A stretch of DNA of 64,000 nt from Eledone cirrhosa (taxonomy: Eukaryota), in the NCBI GenBank assembly GCA_964016885.1, contig OZ024743.1, forward strand, positions 206,274,001-206,338,000, read 5' to 3'. Positions 41,001-55,200 of this stretch are shown here, one piece after another. The notes under the pieces were generated by a model. It saw only the letters and a program-made list of their open reading frames with translations. It ran no database searches and was not told the DNA's origin. A program made the position numbers and the translations under genes. Numbering within the stretch: the first letter of the stretch is position 1; the number at the start of each line of letters is the position of its first letter.

Positions 41001-43700
41001 ACAAATTATCTCCCCCTGATTTTTTTTTTACAAATTATCTCCCCCCGATTTTTTTACAAATTATCTCCCCCTGATTTTTTTTACAAATTATCTCCGCCTG
41101 ATTTTTTAAAGTATTATCTTCCCTTGGCTGGCGGGAAATTATCTCCCCTTGGACGGCTGGAAATTATCTCCCCTTGGAAGGATGGAAACTATCTCCCCTT
41201 GGACGGCTGGAAATTATCTCCCCTTGCACTGCTGGAAATTATCTCCCCTTGGACGGCTGGAAATTATCTGCCCTTGATTTTGTTTTTACAAATTATCTTC
41301 CCCTGATTTTTTTTACAAATTATCTCCACCTGATTTTTTAAAAAATTATCTCCCCTTGGACGGCTGGAAATTATCTCCCCTTGGCTGGAAATTATCTCCC
41401 TTTGGCTGGCTGGAAATTATCTCCCCCTGATATTTTTTTACAAATTAGCTCCCCCTGATTTTTTTTTACAAATTATCTCCCCCTGATTTTTTTCACAAAT
41501 TATCTCCCCCTGATTTTTTTTACAAATTATCTCCTCTGATTTAAAAAAAAAAATTATCTCCCCTTGGACGGCTGGAAATTATCTCCCCTTGGACGGCTGG
41601 AAATTATCGCCCCCTGATTTGTTTTAACAAATTATCTCCACCTGATTTTTTTACAAATCATCTCCGCCTGATTTTTTTAAAAAATTATCTCCCTTGGCTT
41701 GCTGGAAATTATCTCCCCTTGGACGGCTATGAATTATCTCTCCTTCGACGGCTGGAAATTATCTCCACTTGATTTTTTTACAAATTATCTCCCCGTGATT
41801 TTTTTTTACCAATCTACCCCTGATTTAAAAAAAAAAATTATCTCCCCTTCGCTGGCTGGAAATTATCTCCCCTTGGACGGCTGGAAATTATCTCCCCTTG
41901 ATTTTTTTTACAAATTATCTCCCCCTGATTTTTTTTTACAAATTATCTCCCCCTGATTTTTTTTTTTACAAATTATCTCCGCCTGATTTTTTAAAAATTA
42001 TCTCTCCTTGGCTGGATGGAAATCATCTCCCCCTGATTTTTTTTACAAATTATCTCCCCTTGCACGGCTGGAAATTATCTCCCCTTGGACGGCTGGAAAT
42101 TATCTCCCGTTGGCTGCAAATTATCTCCCCTTGGACGGCTAGAAATTACCTCTCTTTGGACGGCTGGAAATTATCTCCCCTTGATTTTTTTTACAAATTA
42201 TCTCCCCCTGATTTTTTTTACAAATCTCCCAGTGATTTTTTTAAAAAAATTATCTCCCCTTCGCTGGCTGGAAATTATCTCCCCTTGGACGCTAGAAATT
42301 ATAGCCCCTTGGAGGGCTGGAAATTATCTTCCCTTGGACGGCTGGAAATTATCTCCCCTTGATTTTTTTTACATATTATCTCCCCCTGATTTTTTTTTAC
42401 AAATTATCTCCCCGATTTTTTTCTACAAATTATCTCCCCCTGATTTTTTTTTTACAAATTATCTCCGCCTGATTTTTAAAAAAAAATTATCTCCCCTTGG
42501 ACGGCTGGAAATTATCTCCCCTTGGACGGCTGGAAATTATCTCCCCTAGGACGGCTAGAAATTACCTCTCCTTGGACGGCTGAAAATTATCTCCCCTTGG
42601 ACGGCTGGAAATTATCTCCCCTTGATTTTTTTTAAAAATTATCTCCCCCTGATTTTTTTTTACAAATTATCTCCCCCTGATTTTTTTTTACAAATTATCT
42701 CCCCCTGATTTTTTTACAAATTATCTCCCCTTGGCTGGCTGGCAATTATCTCCCCTTGGAGGCTGGAATTTATCTCCCCTTGGACGGCTGGAAATTATCT
42801 CCCCTTGGACGGCTAGAAATTACCTCTCCTTGTACGGCTGGAAATTATCTCCCCTTGAACGGCTGGAAATTATCTCCCCTTGGACGGCTGGAAATTATCT
42901 CCCCTTGGACGGCTGGAAATTACCTCTCCTTGGACGGCTGGAAATTATCTCCCCTTGGACGGCTGGAAATTATCTCCCCTTGGACACTGGAAATTATTTC
43001 CCCTTGATTTTTTTTACAAATTATCTCCCCCTGATTTTTTTTACAAATCTCCCCCTAATTTAAAAAAAAATTATCTCCCCTTCGCTGGCTGGAAATTATC
43101 TCCCTTTGGACGGCTTGAAATTATAGCTGCTTGTAGGGCTGGAAATTATCTCCCCTTGGACGGCTGGAAATTACCTTTCCTTCGACGGCTGAAAATTATC
43201 TCCCCTTGGACGGCTGGAAATTATCTCCCCCTGATTTTTTTTTACAAATTATCTCCGCCTGATTTTTTTTAAAAATTATCTCCCCTTGGCTGGATGGAAA
43301 TTTTCTCCCCTTGGACGGCTGGAAATTATCTCCCCTTTATGTTTTCTACAAATTATCTACCCCTGATTTTTTTTTTACGAATTATCTCTCCCTGATTTTT
43401 TTTACAAATATCTCCCCTTGGCTGGCTGGAAATTATCTCCCCTTGGCTGGCTGGAAATTATCTCCCCTTGGACGGCTGGAAATTATCTCCCCTTGGACGC
43501 CTAGAAATCACCTCTACTTGGACAGCTGTAAATTATCTCCCCTTGGACGGCTGGAAATTATCTCGCCTTGGACGGCTGGAAATTATCTCCCCTTGATTTT
43601 GTATACAAATTATCTCCCCCTGATTTTTTTTTACAAATTAACTGCCCCTGATTATTTTTTTACAAATTAGCTCCGCCTGATTTTTTTTTAAAATTATCTC
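20005..43700 (+). repeat. ~14.8-15.0-kb-offset duplication (~20.0-28.7 kb vs ~34.8-43.7 kb), built from ~7.3-7.5-kb subunits
   Basis: Offsets of 14817-14818 (20174/34992, 21756/36573), 14842 (22896/37738, 25516/40358) and 15005 (26119/41124, 27726/42731). Half-period offsets of 7547 (22896/30443, 24677/32224) and 7295 (30443/37738). Shared variants CCCCTTAGAC, TTATGTCCC, CCCCAGATT, TTTAGCAA. Confidence 0.85.
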
Positions 43701-46700
43701 CCCTTGGACGGCTGGAAATTATCTCCCCTTGGACGGCTGGAAATTATCTCCCCTTGAACGGCTAGAAATTACCTCTCCTTGGACGGCTGAAAATTATCTC
43801 CCCTTGGACGGCTGGAAATTATCTCCCCTTGATTTTTTTACAAATTATCTCCCCCTGATTTTTTTTTTACAAATTATCTCCGCCTGATTTTTTTTTAAAA
43901 TTATCTCCCCTTGGATGGCTGGAAATTATCTCCCCTTGGACGGCTGGAAATTATCTCCCCTTGATTTTTTTTTCCAAATTATCTCCCCCTGATTTTCTTT
44001 TTACAAATTATCTACCCCTGATTTTTTTTTCAAATTATCTCCCCCTGATTTTTTTTACAAATTATCTCCCCCTGATTTTTTCTTACAAATTATCTCCCCC
44101 CGATTTTTTTACAAATTATCTCCCCCTGATTTTTTTTACAAATTATCTCCGCCTGATTTTTTTTAATATTATCTTCCCTTGGCTGGCGGGAAATTATCTC
44201 CCCTTGGACGGCTGGAAATTATCTCCCCTTGGAAGGATGGAAATTATCTCCCCTTGGACGGCTGGAAATTATCTCCCCTTGCACTGCTGGAAATTATCTC
44301 CCCTTGGACGGCTGGAATATATCTGCCCTTGATTTTGTTTTTACAAATTATCTTCCCCTGATTTTTTTACAAATTATCTCCACCTGATTTTTTTTTACAA
44401 ATTATCTCCCCCTGATTTTTTTTTACAAATTATCTCCCCCTGATTTTTTTACAAATTATCTCCCCTTGGCTGGCTGGCAATTATCTCCCCTTGGAGGCTG
44501 GAATTTATCTCCCCTTGGACGGCTGGAAATTATCTACCCTTGGACGGCTAGAAATTACCTCTCCTTGTACGGCTGGAAATTATCTCCCCTTGAACGGCTG
44601 GAAATTATCTCCCCTTGGACGGCTGGAAATTATCTCCCCTTGGACGGCTGGAAATTACCTCTCCTTGGACGGCTGGAAATTATCTCCCCTTGGACGGCTG
44701 GAAATTATCTCCCCTTGGACGGCTGGAAATTATTTCCCCTTGATTTTTTTTACAAATTATCTCCCCCTGATTTTTTTTACAAATTATCTCCGCCTGATTT
44801 TTTAAAATATCTTCCCTTGGCTGGCGGGAAATTATCTCCCCTTGGACGCCTGGAAATTATCTCCCCTTGGAAGGATGGAAATTATCTCCCCTTGGACGGC
44901 TGGAAATTATCTCCCCTTGCACTGCTGGAAATTATCTCCCCTTGGACGGCTGGAAATTATCTGCCCTTGATTTTGTTTTTACAAATTATCTTCCCCTGAT
45001 TTTTTTTACAAATTATCTCCACCTGATTTTTAAAAAAATTATCTCCCCTTGGCTGGAAATTTTCTCCCCTTGGACGATTAGAAATTATCTCTCTTTGGAC
45101 GGCTGGAAATTATCTCCCCTTGATTTTTTTTACAAATTATCTCCCCCTGATTTTTTTTACAAATCTCCCAGTGATTTTTTAAAAAAAATTATCTCCCCTT
45201 CGCTGGCTGGAAATTATCTCCCCTTGGACGCTGGAAATTATAGCCCCTTGGAAGGCTGGAAGTTATCTTCCCTTGGAGGGCTGGAAATTATCTTCCCTTG
45301 GACGGCTGGAAATTATCTCCCCTTGATTTTTTTTACAAATTATCTCCCCCTGATTTTTTACAAATTATCTCCCCCTGATTTTTTTTTACAAATTATCTCC
45401 TGATTTTTTTTACAAATTATCTCCCCTTGGCTGGCTGGAAATTATCTCCCCTTGGAGGCTGGAATTTATCTCCCCTTGGACGGCTAGAAATTACCTCTCC
45501 TTGGACGGCTGAAAATTATCTCCCCTTGATTTTTTTTACGAATTATCTCCCCCTGATTTTTTTTTTACAAATTATCTCCCCCTGATTTATTTTACAAATT
45601 ATCTCCGCCTGATTTTTTTAAATATTATCTTCCCTTGGCTGGCGGGAAATTATCTCCCCTTGGACGGCTGGAAACTATCTCCCCTTGGACAGCTGGAAAT
45701 TATCTGCCCTTGATTTTGTTTTTACAAATTATCTCTCCCTGATTTTTTTTACAAATTATCTCCACCTGATTTTTTAAAAAATTATCTCCCCTTGGACGGC
45801 TGGAAATTATCTCCCCTTGGACGGCTGGAAATTATTTCCCCTTGATTTTTTTTACAAATTATCTCCCCCTGATTTATTTTACAAATTATCTCCGCCTGAT
45901 TTTTTTAAATATTATCTTCCCTTGGCTGGCGGGAAATTATCTCCCCTTGGACGGCTGGAAACTATCTCCCCTTGGACAGCTGGAAATTATCTGCCCTTGA
46001 TTTTGTTTTTACAAATTATCTCCCCCTGATTTTTTTTACAAATTATCTCCACCTGATTTTTAAAAAAATTATCTCCTCTTGGACGGCTGGAAATTATCTC
46101 CCGTTGGCTGCAAATTATCTCCCCTTGGACGGCTAGAAATTACCTCTCTTTGGACGGCTGGAAATTATCTTCCCTTGATTTTTTTTACAAATTATCTCCC
46201 CCTGATTTTTTTTACAAATCTCCCAGTGATTTTTAAAAAAAAATTATCCGCCCTTCGCTGGCTGGAAATTATCTCCCCTTGGACGCTGGAAATTATAGCC
46301 CCTTGGAGGGCTGGAAATTATCTTCCCTTGGACGGCTGGAAATTATCTCCCCTTGATTTTTTTTACATATTATCTCCCCCTGATTTTTTTTTACAAATTA
46401 TCTCCCCGATTTTTTTCTACAAATTATCTCCCCCTGATTTTTTTTTTACAAATTATCTCCGCCTGATTTTTTAAAAAAAATTATCTCCCCTTGGACGGCT
46501 GGAAATTATCTGCCCTTGATTTTGTTTTAACAAATTATCTCCCCCTGATTTTTTTTACAAATTATCTCCACCTGATTTTTAAAAAAATTATCTCCTCTTG
46601 GACGGCTGGAAATTATCTCCCGTTGGCTGCAAATTATCTCCCCTTGGACGGCTAGAAATTACCTCTCTTTGGACGGCTGGAAATTATCTTCCCTTGATTT

Positions 46701-49700
46701 TTTTTACAAATTATCTCCCCCTGATTTTTTTTACAAATCTCCCAGTGATTTTTAAAAAAAAATTATCCGCCCTTCGCTGGCTGGAAATTATCTCCCCTTG
46801 GACGCTGGAAATTATAGCCCCTTGGAGGGCTGGAAATTATCTTCCCTTGGACGGCTGGAAATTATCTCCCCTTGATTTTTTTTACATATTATCTCCCCCT
46901 GATTTTTTTTTACAAATTATCTCCCCGATTTTTTTCTACAAATTATCTCCCCCTGATTTTTTTTTTACAAATTATCTCCGCCTGATTTTTAAAAAAAAAT
47001 TATCTCCCCTTGGACGGCTGGAAATTATCTCCCCTTGGACGGCTGGAAATTATCTCCCCTTGATTTTTTTACAAATTATCTCCCTCTGATTTTTTTTTAC
47101 AAATTATCTCCCCCTGATTTTTTTTTACAAATTATCTCCCCCTGATTTTTTTACAAATTATCTCCCCTTGGCTGGCTGGCAATTATCTCCCCTTGGAGGC
47201 TGGAATTTATCTCCCCTTGGACGGCTGGAAATTATCTCCCCTTGGACGGCTAGAAATTACCTCTCCTTGTACGGCTGGAAATTATCTCCCCTTGAACGGC
47301 TGGAAATTATCTCCCCTTGGACGGCTGGAAATTATCTCCCCTTGGACGGCTGGAAATTACCTCTCCTTGGACGGCTGGAAATTATCTCCCCTTGGACGGC
47401 TGGAAATTATCTCCCCTTGGACACTGGAAATTATTTCCCCTTGATTTTTTTTACAAATTATCTCCCCCTGATTTTTTTTACAAATCTCCCCCTAATTTAA
47501 AAAAAAATTATCTCCCCTTCGCTGGCTGGAAATTATCTCCCTTTGGACGGCTTGAAATTATAGCTGCTTGTAGGGCTGGAAATTATCTCCCCTTGGACGG
47601 CTGGAAATTACCTTTCCTTCGACGGCTGAAAATTATCTCCCCTTGGACGGCTGGAAATTATCTCCCCCTGATTTTTTTTTACAAATTATCTCCGCCTGAT
47701 TTTTTTTTAAAAATTATCTCCCCTTGGCTGGATGGAAATTTTCTCCCCTTGGACGGCTGGAAATTATCTCCCCTTTATGTTTTCTACAAATTATCTACCC
47801 CTGATTTTTTTTTTACGAATTATCTCTCCCTGATTTTTTTTACAAATATCTCCCCTTGGCTGGCTGGAAATTATCTCCCCTTGGCTGGCTGGAAATTATC
47901 TCCCCTTGGACGGCTGGAAATTATCTCCCCTTGGACGCCTAGAAATCACCTCTACTTGGACAGCTGTAAATTATCTCCCCTTGGACGGCTGGAAATTATC
48001 TCCCCTTGATTTTGTATACAAATTATCTCCCCCTGATTTTTTTTTACAAATTAACTGCCCCTGATTATTTTTTTACAAATTAGCTCCGCCTGATTTTTTT
48101 TTAAAATTATCTCCCCTTGGACGGCTGGAAATTATCTCCCCTTGGACGGCTGGAAATTATCTCCCCTTGAACGGCTAGAAATTACCTCTCCTTGGACGGC
48201 TGAAAATTATCTCCCCTTGGACGGCTGGAAATTATCTCCCCTTGATTTTTTTACAAATTATCTCCCCCTGATTTTTTTTTTACAAATTATCTCCGCCTGA
48301 TTTTTTTTTAAAATTATCTCCCCTTGGACGGCTGGAAATTATCTCCCCTTGGACGGCTGGAAATTATCTCCCCTTGATTTTTTTTTCCAAATTATCTCCC
48401 CCTGATTTTTTTTTTACAAATTATCTACCCCTGATTTTTTTTTCAAATTATCTCCCCCTGATTTTTTTACAAATTATCTCCCCCTGATTTTTTTTACAAA
48501 TTATCTCCGCCTGATTTTTTTAAATATTATCTTCCCTTGGCTGGCGGGAAATTATCTCCCCTTGGACGGCTGGAAATTATCTCCCCTTGGAAGGATGGAA
48601 ATTATCTCCCCTTGGACGGCTGGAAATTATCTCCCCTTGCACTGCTGGAAATTATCTCCCCTTGGACGGCTGGAATATATCTGCCCTTGATTTTGTTTTT
48701 ACAAATTATCTTCCCCTGATTTTTTTACAAATTATCTCCACCTGATTTTTTTTTACAAATTATCTCCCCCTGATTTTTTTTTACAAATTATCTCCCCCTG
48801 ATTTTTTTACAAATTATCTCCCCTTGGCTGGCTGGCAATTATCTCCCCTTGGAGGCTGGAATTTATCTCCCCTTGGACGGCTGGAAATTATCTCCCCTTG
48901 GACGGCTAGAAATTACCTCTCCTTGTACGGCTGGAAATTATCTCCCCTTGAACGGCTGGAAATTATCTCCCCTTGGACGGCTGGAAATTATCTCCCCTTG
49001 GACGGCTGGAAATTACCTCTCCTTGGACGGCTGGAAATTATCTCCCCTTGGACGGCTGGAAATTATCTCCCCTTGGACGGCTGGAAATTATTTCCCCTTG
49101 ATTTTTTTTACAAATTATCTCCCCCTGATTTTTTTTACAAATTATCTCCGCCTGATTTTTTAAAATATTATCTTCCCTTGGCTGGCGGGAAATTATCTCC
49201 CCTTGGACGCCTGGAAATTATCTTCCCTTGGAAGGATGGAAATTATCTCCCCTTGGACGGCTGGAAATTATCTCCCCTTGCACTGCTGGAAATTATCTCC
49301 CCTTGGACGGCTGGAAATTATCTGCCCTTGATTTTGTTTTTACAAATTATCTTCCCCTGATTTTTTTTACAAATTATCTCCACCTGATTTTTAAAAAAAT
49401 TATCTCCCCTTGGCTGGAAATTTTCTCCCCTTGGACGATTAGAAATTATCTCTCTTTGGACGGCTGGAAATTATCTCCCCTTGATTTTTTTTACAAATTA
49501 TCTCCCCCTGATTTTTTTTACAAATCTCCCAGTGATTTTTTAAAAAAAATTATCTCCCCTTCGCTGGCTGGAAATTATCTCCCCTTGGACGCTGGAAATT
49601 ATAGCCCCTTGGAAGGCTGGAAGTTATCTTCCCTTGGAGGGCTGGAAATTATCTTCCCTTGGACGGCTGGAAATTATCTCCCCTTGATTTTTTTTACAAA

Positions 49701-50100
49701 TTATCTCCCCCTGATTTTTTTTTACAAATTATCTCCCCCTGATTTTTTTTTACAAATTATCTCCTGATTTTTTTTACAAATTATCTCCCCTTGGCTGGCT
49801 GGAAATTATCTCCCCTTGGAGGCTGGAATTTATCTCCCCTTGGACGGCTAGAAATTACCTCTCCTTGGACGGCTGAAAATTATCTCCCCTTGATTTTTTT
49901 TACGAATTATCTCCCCCTGATTTTTTTTTTTACAAATTATCTCCCCCTGATTTATTTTACAAATTATCTCCGCCTGATTTTTTTAAATATTATCTTCCCT
50001 TGGCTGGCGGGAAATTATCTCCCCTTGGACGGCTGGAAACTATCTCCCCTTGGACAGCTGGAAATTATCTGCCCTTGATTTTGTTTTTACAAATTATCTC
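42700..50100 (+). repeat. ~4.4-kb-offset internal repeat within the 11.5-kb unit
   Basis: Offsets of 4437 (42731/47168, 42880/47317) and 4358-4361 (44179/48537, 44466/48824, 44867/49228). Boundaries are approximate. Confidence 0.8.
45979..47030 (+). repeat. 519-bp local tandem duplication present only in copy 1 of the 11.5-kb unit
   Basis: Offset 46079/46598 = 519. Both halves carry the private variant AATTATCCGCCC (~46242, 46761); the single sister copy at ~57772 has the consensus. Confidence 0.88.
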
Positions 50101-52200
50101 CCCCTGATTTTTTTTACAAATTATCTCCACCTGATTTTTTAAAAAATTATCTCCTCTTGGACGGCTGGAAATTATCTCCCCTTGGCTGGAAATTATCTCC
50201 CCTTGGACGGCTAGAAATTATCTCTCTTTGGACGGCTGGAAATTATCTCCCTTTGATTTTTTTTACAAATTATCTCCCTCTGATTTTTTTTACAAATCTC
50301 CCCTTGATTTTTTAAAAAAATTATCTCCCCTTCGCTGGCTGGAAATTATCTCCCCTTGGACACTGGAAATTATAGACCCTTGGAGGGCTGGAAATTATCT
50401 TCCCTTGGACGGCTGGAAATTATCTCCTTTGATTTTTTTCACAAATTATCTCCCCCTGATTTTTTTTTACAAATTATCTCCGCCTGATTTTTTTTAAAAA
50501 ATTATCTCCCCTTGGCTGGATGGAAATTTTCTCCCCTTGGACGGCTGGAAATTATCTCCCCTTTATGTCTTCTACAAATTATCTGGCCCTGATTTTTTTT
50601 ACAAATTATCTCTCCCTGATTTTTTTTACAAATCTCCCCTTGATTTTTTTAAAAAATTATCTCCCCTTCGCTGGCTGGAAATTATCTCCCCTTGGACACT
50701 GGAAATTATAGACCCTTGGAGGGCTGGAAATTATCTTCCCTTGGACGGCTGGAAATTATCTCCTCTTGATTTTTTTTACAAATTATCTCCCCCTGATTTT
50801 TTTTTTCAAATTATCTCCGCCTGATTTTTTTTTAAAAATTATCTCCCCTTGGCTGGATGGAAATTTTCTCCCCTTGGCCGGCTGGAAATTATTTCCCCTT
50901 GGCTGGAAATTATCTCCCCTTGGACGGCTAGAAATTATCTCTCTTTGGACGGCTGGAAATTATCTCCCCTTGATTCTTTTTACAAATTATCTCCCCCTGA
51001 TTTTTTTTACAAATCTCCCAGTGATTTTTAAAAAAAAATTATCTCCCCTTCGCTGGCTGGAAATTATCTCCCCTTGGACGCTGGAAATTATAGCCCCTTG
51101 GAGGCTGGAAATTATCTTCCCTTGGACGGCTGGAAATTATCTCCACTTGATTTTTTTTACAAATTATCTCCCCCTGATTTTTTTTTACAAATTATCTCCC
51201 CCTGATTTTTTTTTTACAAATTATCTCCGCCTGATTTTTTTAAAAAAATTATCACCCCTTGGACGGCTGGAAATTATCTCCCCTTGGACGGCTGGAAATG
51301 ATCTCCACTTGGACGGCTAGAAATTACCTCTCCTTGGACGGCTGAAAATTATCTCCCCTTGATTTTTTTTACGAATTATCTCCCCCTGATTTTTTTTTTT
51401 ACAAATTATCTCCCCCTGATTTTATTTTACATATTATCTACCCCTGATTTTTTTTACAAATTATCTCCCCCTGATTTTTTTTTTACAAATTATCTGCCCC
51501 TGATTTTTTTACAAATTATCTCCCACTGATTTATTTTACAAATTATCTCCGCCTGATTTTTTTAAATATTATCTTCCCTTGGCTGGCGGGAAATTATCTC
51601 CCCTTGGACGGCTGGAAACTATCTCCCCTTGGACAGCTGGAAATTATCTGCCCTTGATTTTGTTTTTACAAATTATCTCCCCCTGATTTTTTTTACAAAT
51701 TATCTCCACCTGATTTTTTAAAAAATTATCTCCCCTTGGACGGCTGGAAATTATCTCCCCTTGGCTGGAAATTATCTCCCCTTGGACGGCTAGAAATTAT
51801 CTCTCTTTGGACGGCTGGAAATTATCTCCCTTTGATTTTTTTTACAAATTATCTCCCTCTGATTTTTTTTACAAATCTCCCCTTGATTTTTTAAAAAAAT
51901 TATCTCCCCTTTGCTGGCTGGAAATTATCTCCCCTTGGACACTGGAAATTATAGACCCTTGGAGGGCTGGAAATTATCTTCCCTTGGACGGCTGGAAATT
52001 ATCTCCTCTTGATTTTTTTTACAAATTATCTCCCCCTGATTTTTTTTTACAAATTATCTCCGCCTGATTTTTTTTTAAAAATTATCTCCCCTTGGCTGGA
52101 TGGAAATTTTCTCCCCTTGGACGGCTGGAAATTATCTCCCCTTTATGTCTTCTACAAATTATCTGGCCCTGATTTTTTTTTACAAATTATCTCTCCCTGA
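49850..52200 (+). repeat. ~1.58-kb-offset repeat with an internal 336-bp duplication (TATAGACCC subfamily)
   Basis: Offset 50228/51807 = 1579. TATAGACCC occurs at 50371, 50707 and ~51950, and again +11039 in copy 2. ATCTGGCCC occurs at 50581 and 52161. Boundaries are approximate. Confidence 0.78.
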
Positions 52201-55200
52201 TTTTTTTTACAAATATCTCCCCTTGGCTGGCTGGAAATTATCTCCCCTTCGCTGGCTGGAAATTATCTCCCATTGGACGGCTGGAAATTATCTCCCCTTG
52301 GACGGCTGGAAATTATCTCCCCTTGATTTTTTTACAAATTATCTCCGCCTGATTTTTTTTTTACAAATTATCTCCGCCTGATTTTTTTTTAAAATTATCT
52401 CCCCTTGGACGGCTGGAAATTATCTCCCCTTGGACGGCTGGAAATTATCTCCCCTTGATTTTTTTTTCCAAATTATCTCCCCCTGATTTTTTTTTACAAA
52501 TTATCTACCCCTGATTTTTTTTATACAAATTATCTCCCCCTGATTTTTTTTACAAATTATCTCCCCCTGATTTTTTTTTTACAAATTATCTCCCCCCGAT
52601 TTTTTTACAAATTATCTCCCCCTGATTTTTTTTACAAATTATCTCCGCCTGATTTTTTAAAGTATTATCTTCCCTTGGCTGGCGGGAAATTATCTCCCCT
52701 TGGACGGCTGGAAATTATCTCCCCTTGGAAGGATGGAAACTATCTCCCCTTGGACGGCTGGAAATTATCTCCCCTTGCACTGCTGGAAATTATCTCCCCT
52801 TGGACGGCTGGAAATTATCTGCCCTTGATTTTGTTTTTACAAATTATCTTCCCCTGATTTTTTTTACAAATTATCTCCACCTGATTTTTTAAAAAATTAT
52901 CTCCCCTTGGACGGCTGGAAATTATCTCCCCTTGGCTGGAAATTATCTCCCTTTGGCTGGCTGGAAATTATCTCCCCCTGATATTTTTTTACAAATTAGC
53001 TCCCCCTGATTTTTTTTTACAAATTATCTCCCCCTGATTTTTTTCACAAATTATCTCCCCCTGATTTTTTTTACAAATTATCTCCTCTGATTTAAAAAAA
53101 AAAATTATCTCCCCTTGGACGGCTGGAAATTATCGCCCCCTGATTTGTTTTAACAAATTATCTCCACCTGATTTTTTTACAAATCATCTCCGCCTGATTT
53201 TTTTAAAAAATTATCTCCCTTGGCTTGCTGGAAATTATCTCCCCTTGGACGGCTATGAATTATCTCTCCTTCGACGGCTGGAAATTATCTCCACTTGATT
53301 TTTTTACAAATTATCTCCCCGTGATTTTTTTTTACCAATCTACCCCTGATTTAAAAAAAAAAATTATCTCCCCTTCGCTGGCTGGAAATTATCTCCCCTT
53401 GGACGGCTGGAAATTATCTCCCCTTGATTTTTTTTACAAATTATCTCCCCCTGATTTTTTTTTACAAATTATCTCCCCCTGATTTTTTTTTTTACAAATT
53501 ATCTCCGCCTGATTTTTTAAAAATTATCTCTCCTTGGCTGGATGGAAATCATCTCCCCCTGATTTTTTTTACAAATTATCTCCCCTTGCACGGCTGGAAA
53601 TTATCTCCCCTTGGACGGCTGGAAATTATCTCCCGTTGGCTGCAAATTATCTCCCCTTGGACGGCTAGAAATTACCTCTCTTTGGACGGCTGGAAATTAT
53701 CTCCCCTTGATTTTTTTTACAAATTATCTCCCCCTGATTTTTTTTACAAATCTCCCAGTGATTTTTTTAAAAAAATTATCTCCCCTTCGCTGGCTGGAAA
53801 TTATCTCCCCTTGGACGCTAGAAATTATAGCCCCTTGGAGGGCTGGAAATTATCTTCCCTTGGACGGCTGGAAATTATCTCCCCTTGATTTTTTTTACAT
53901 ATTATCTCCCCCTGATTTTTTTTTACAAATTATCTCCCCGATTTTTTTCTACAAATTATCTCCCCCTGATTTTTTTTTTACAAATTATCTCCGCCTGATT
54001 TTTAAAAAAAAATTATCTCCCCTTGGACGGCTGGAAATTATCTCCCCTTGGACGGCTGGAAATTATCTCCCCTAGGACGGCTAGAAATTACCTCTCCTTG
54101 GACGGCTGAAAATTATCTCCCCTTGGACGGCTGGAAATTATCTCCCCTTGATTTTTTTTAAAAATTATCTCCCCCTGATTTTTTTTTACAAATTATCTCC
54201 CCCTGATTTTTTTTTACAAATTATCTCCCCCTGATTTTTTTACAAATTATCTCCCCTTGGCTGGCTGGCAATTATCTCCCCTTGGAGGCTGGAATTTATC
54301 TCCCCTTGGACGGCTGGAAATTATCTCCCCTTGGACGGCTAGAAATTACCTCTCCTTGTACGGCTGGAAATTATCTCCCCTTGAACGGCTGGAAATTATC
54401 TCCCCTTGGACGGCTGGAAATTATCTCCCCTTGGACGGCTGGAAATTACCTCTCCTTGGACGGCTGGAAATTATCTCCCCTTGGACGGCTGGAAATTATC
54501 TCCCCTTGGACACTGGAAATTATTTCCCCTTGATTTTTTTTACAAATTATCTCCCCCTGATTTTTTTTACAAATCTCCCCCTAATTTAAAAAAAAATTAT
54601 CTCCCCTTCGCTGGCTGGAAATTATCTCCCTTTGGACGGCTTGAAATTATAGCTGCTTGTAGGGCTGGAAATTATCTCCCCTTGGACGGCTGGAAATTAC
54701 CTTTCCTTCGACGGCTGAAAATTATCTCCCCTTGGACGGCTGGAAATTATCTCCCCCTGATTTTTTTTTACAAATTATCTCCGCCTGATTTTTTTTTAAA
54801 AATTATCTCCCCTTGGCTGGATGGAAATTTTCTCCCCTTGGACGGCTGGAAATTATCTCCCCTTTATGTTTTCTACAAATTATCTACCCCTGATTTTTTT
54901 TTTACGAATTATCTCTCCCTGATTTTTTTTACAAATATCTCCCCTTGGCTGGCTGGAAATTATCTCCCCTTGGCTGGCTGGAAATTATCTCCCCTTGGAC
55001 GGCTGGAAATTATCTCCCCTTGGACGCCTAGAAATCACCTCTACTTGGACAGCTGTAAATTATCTCCCCTTGGACGGCTGGAAATTATCTCGCCTTGGAC
55101 GGCTGGAAATTATCTCCCCTTGATTTTGTATACAAATTATCTCCCCCTGATTTTTTTTTACAAATTAACTGCCCCTGATTATTTTTTTACAAATTAGCTC

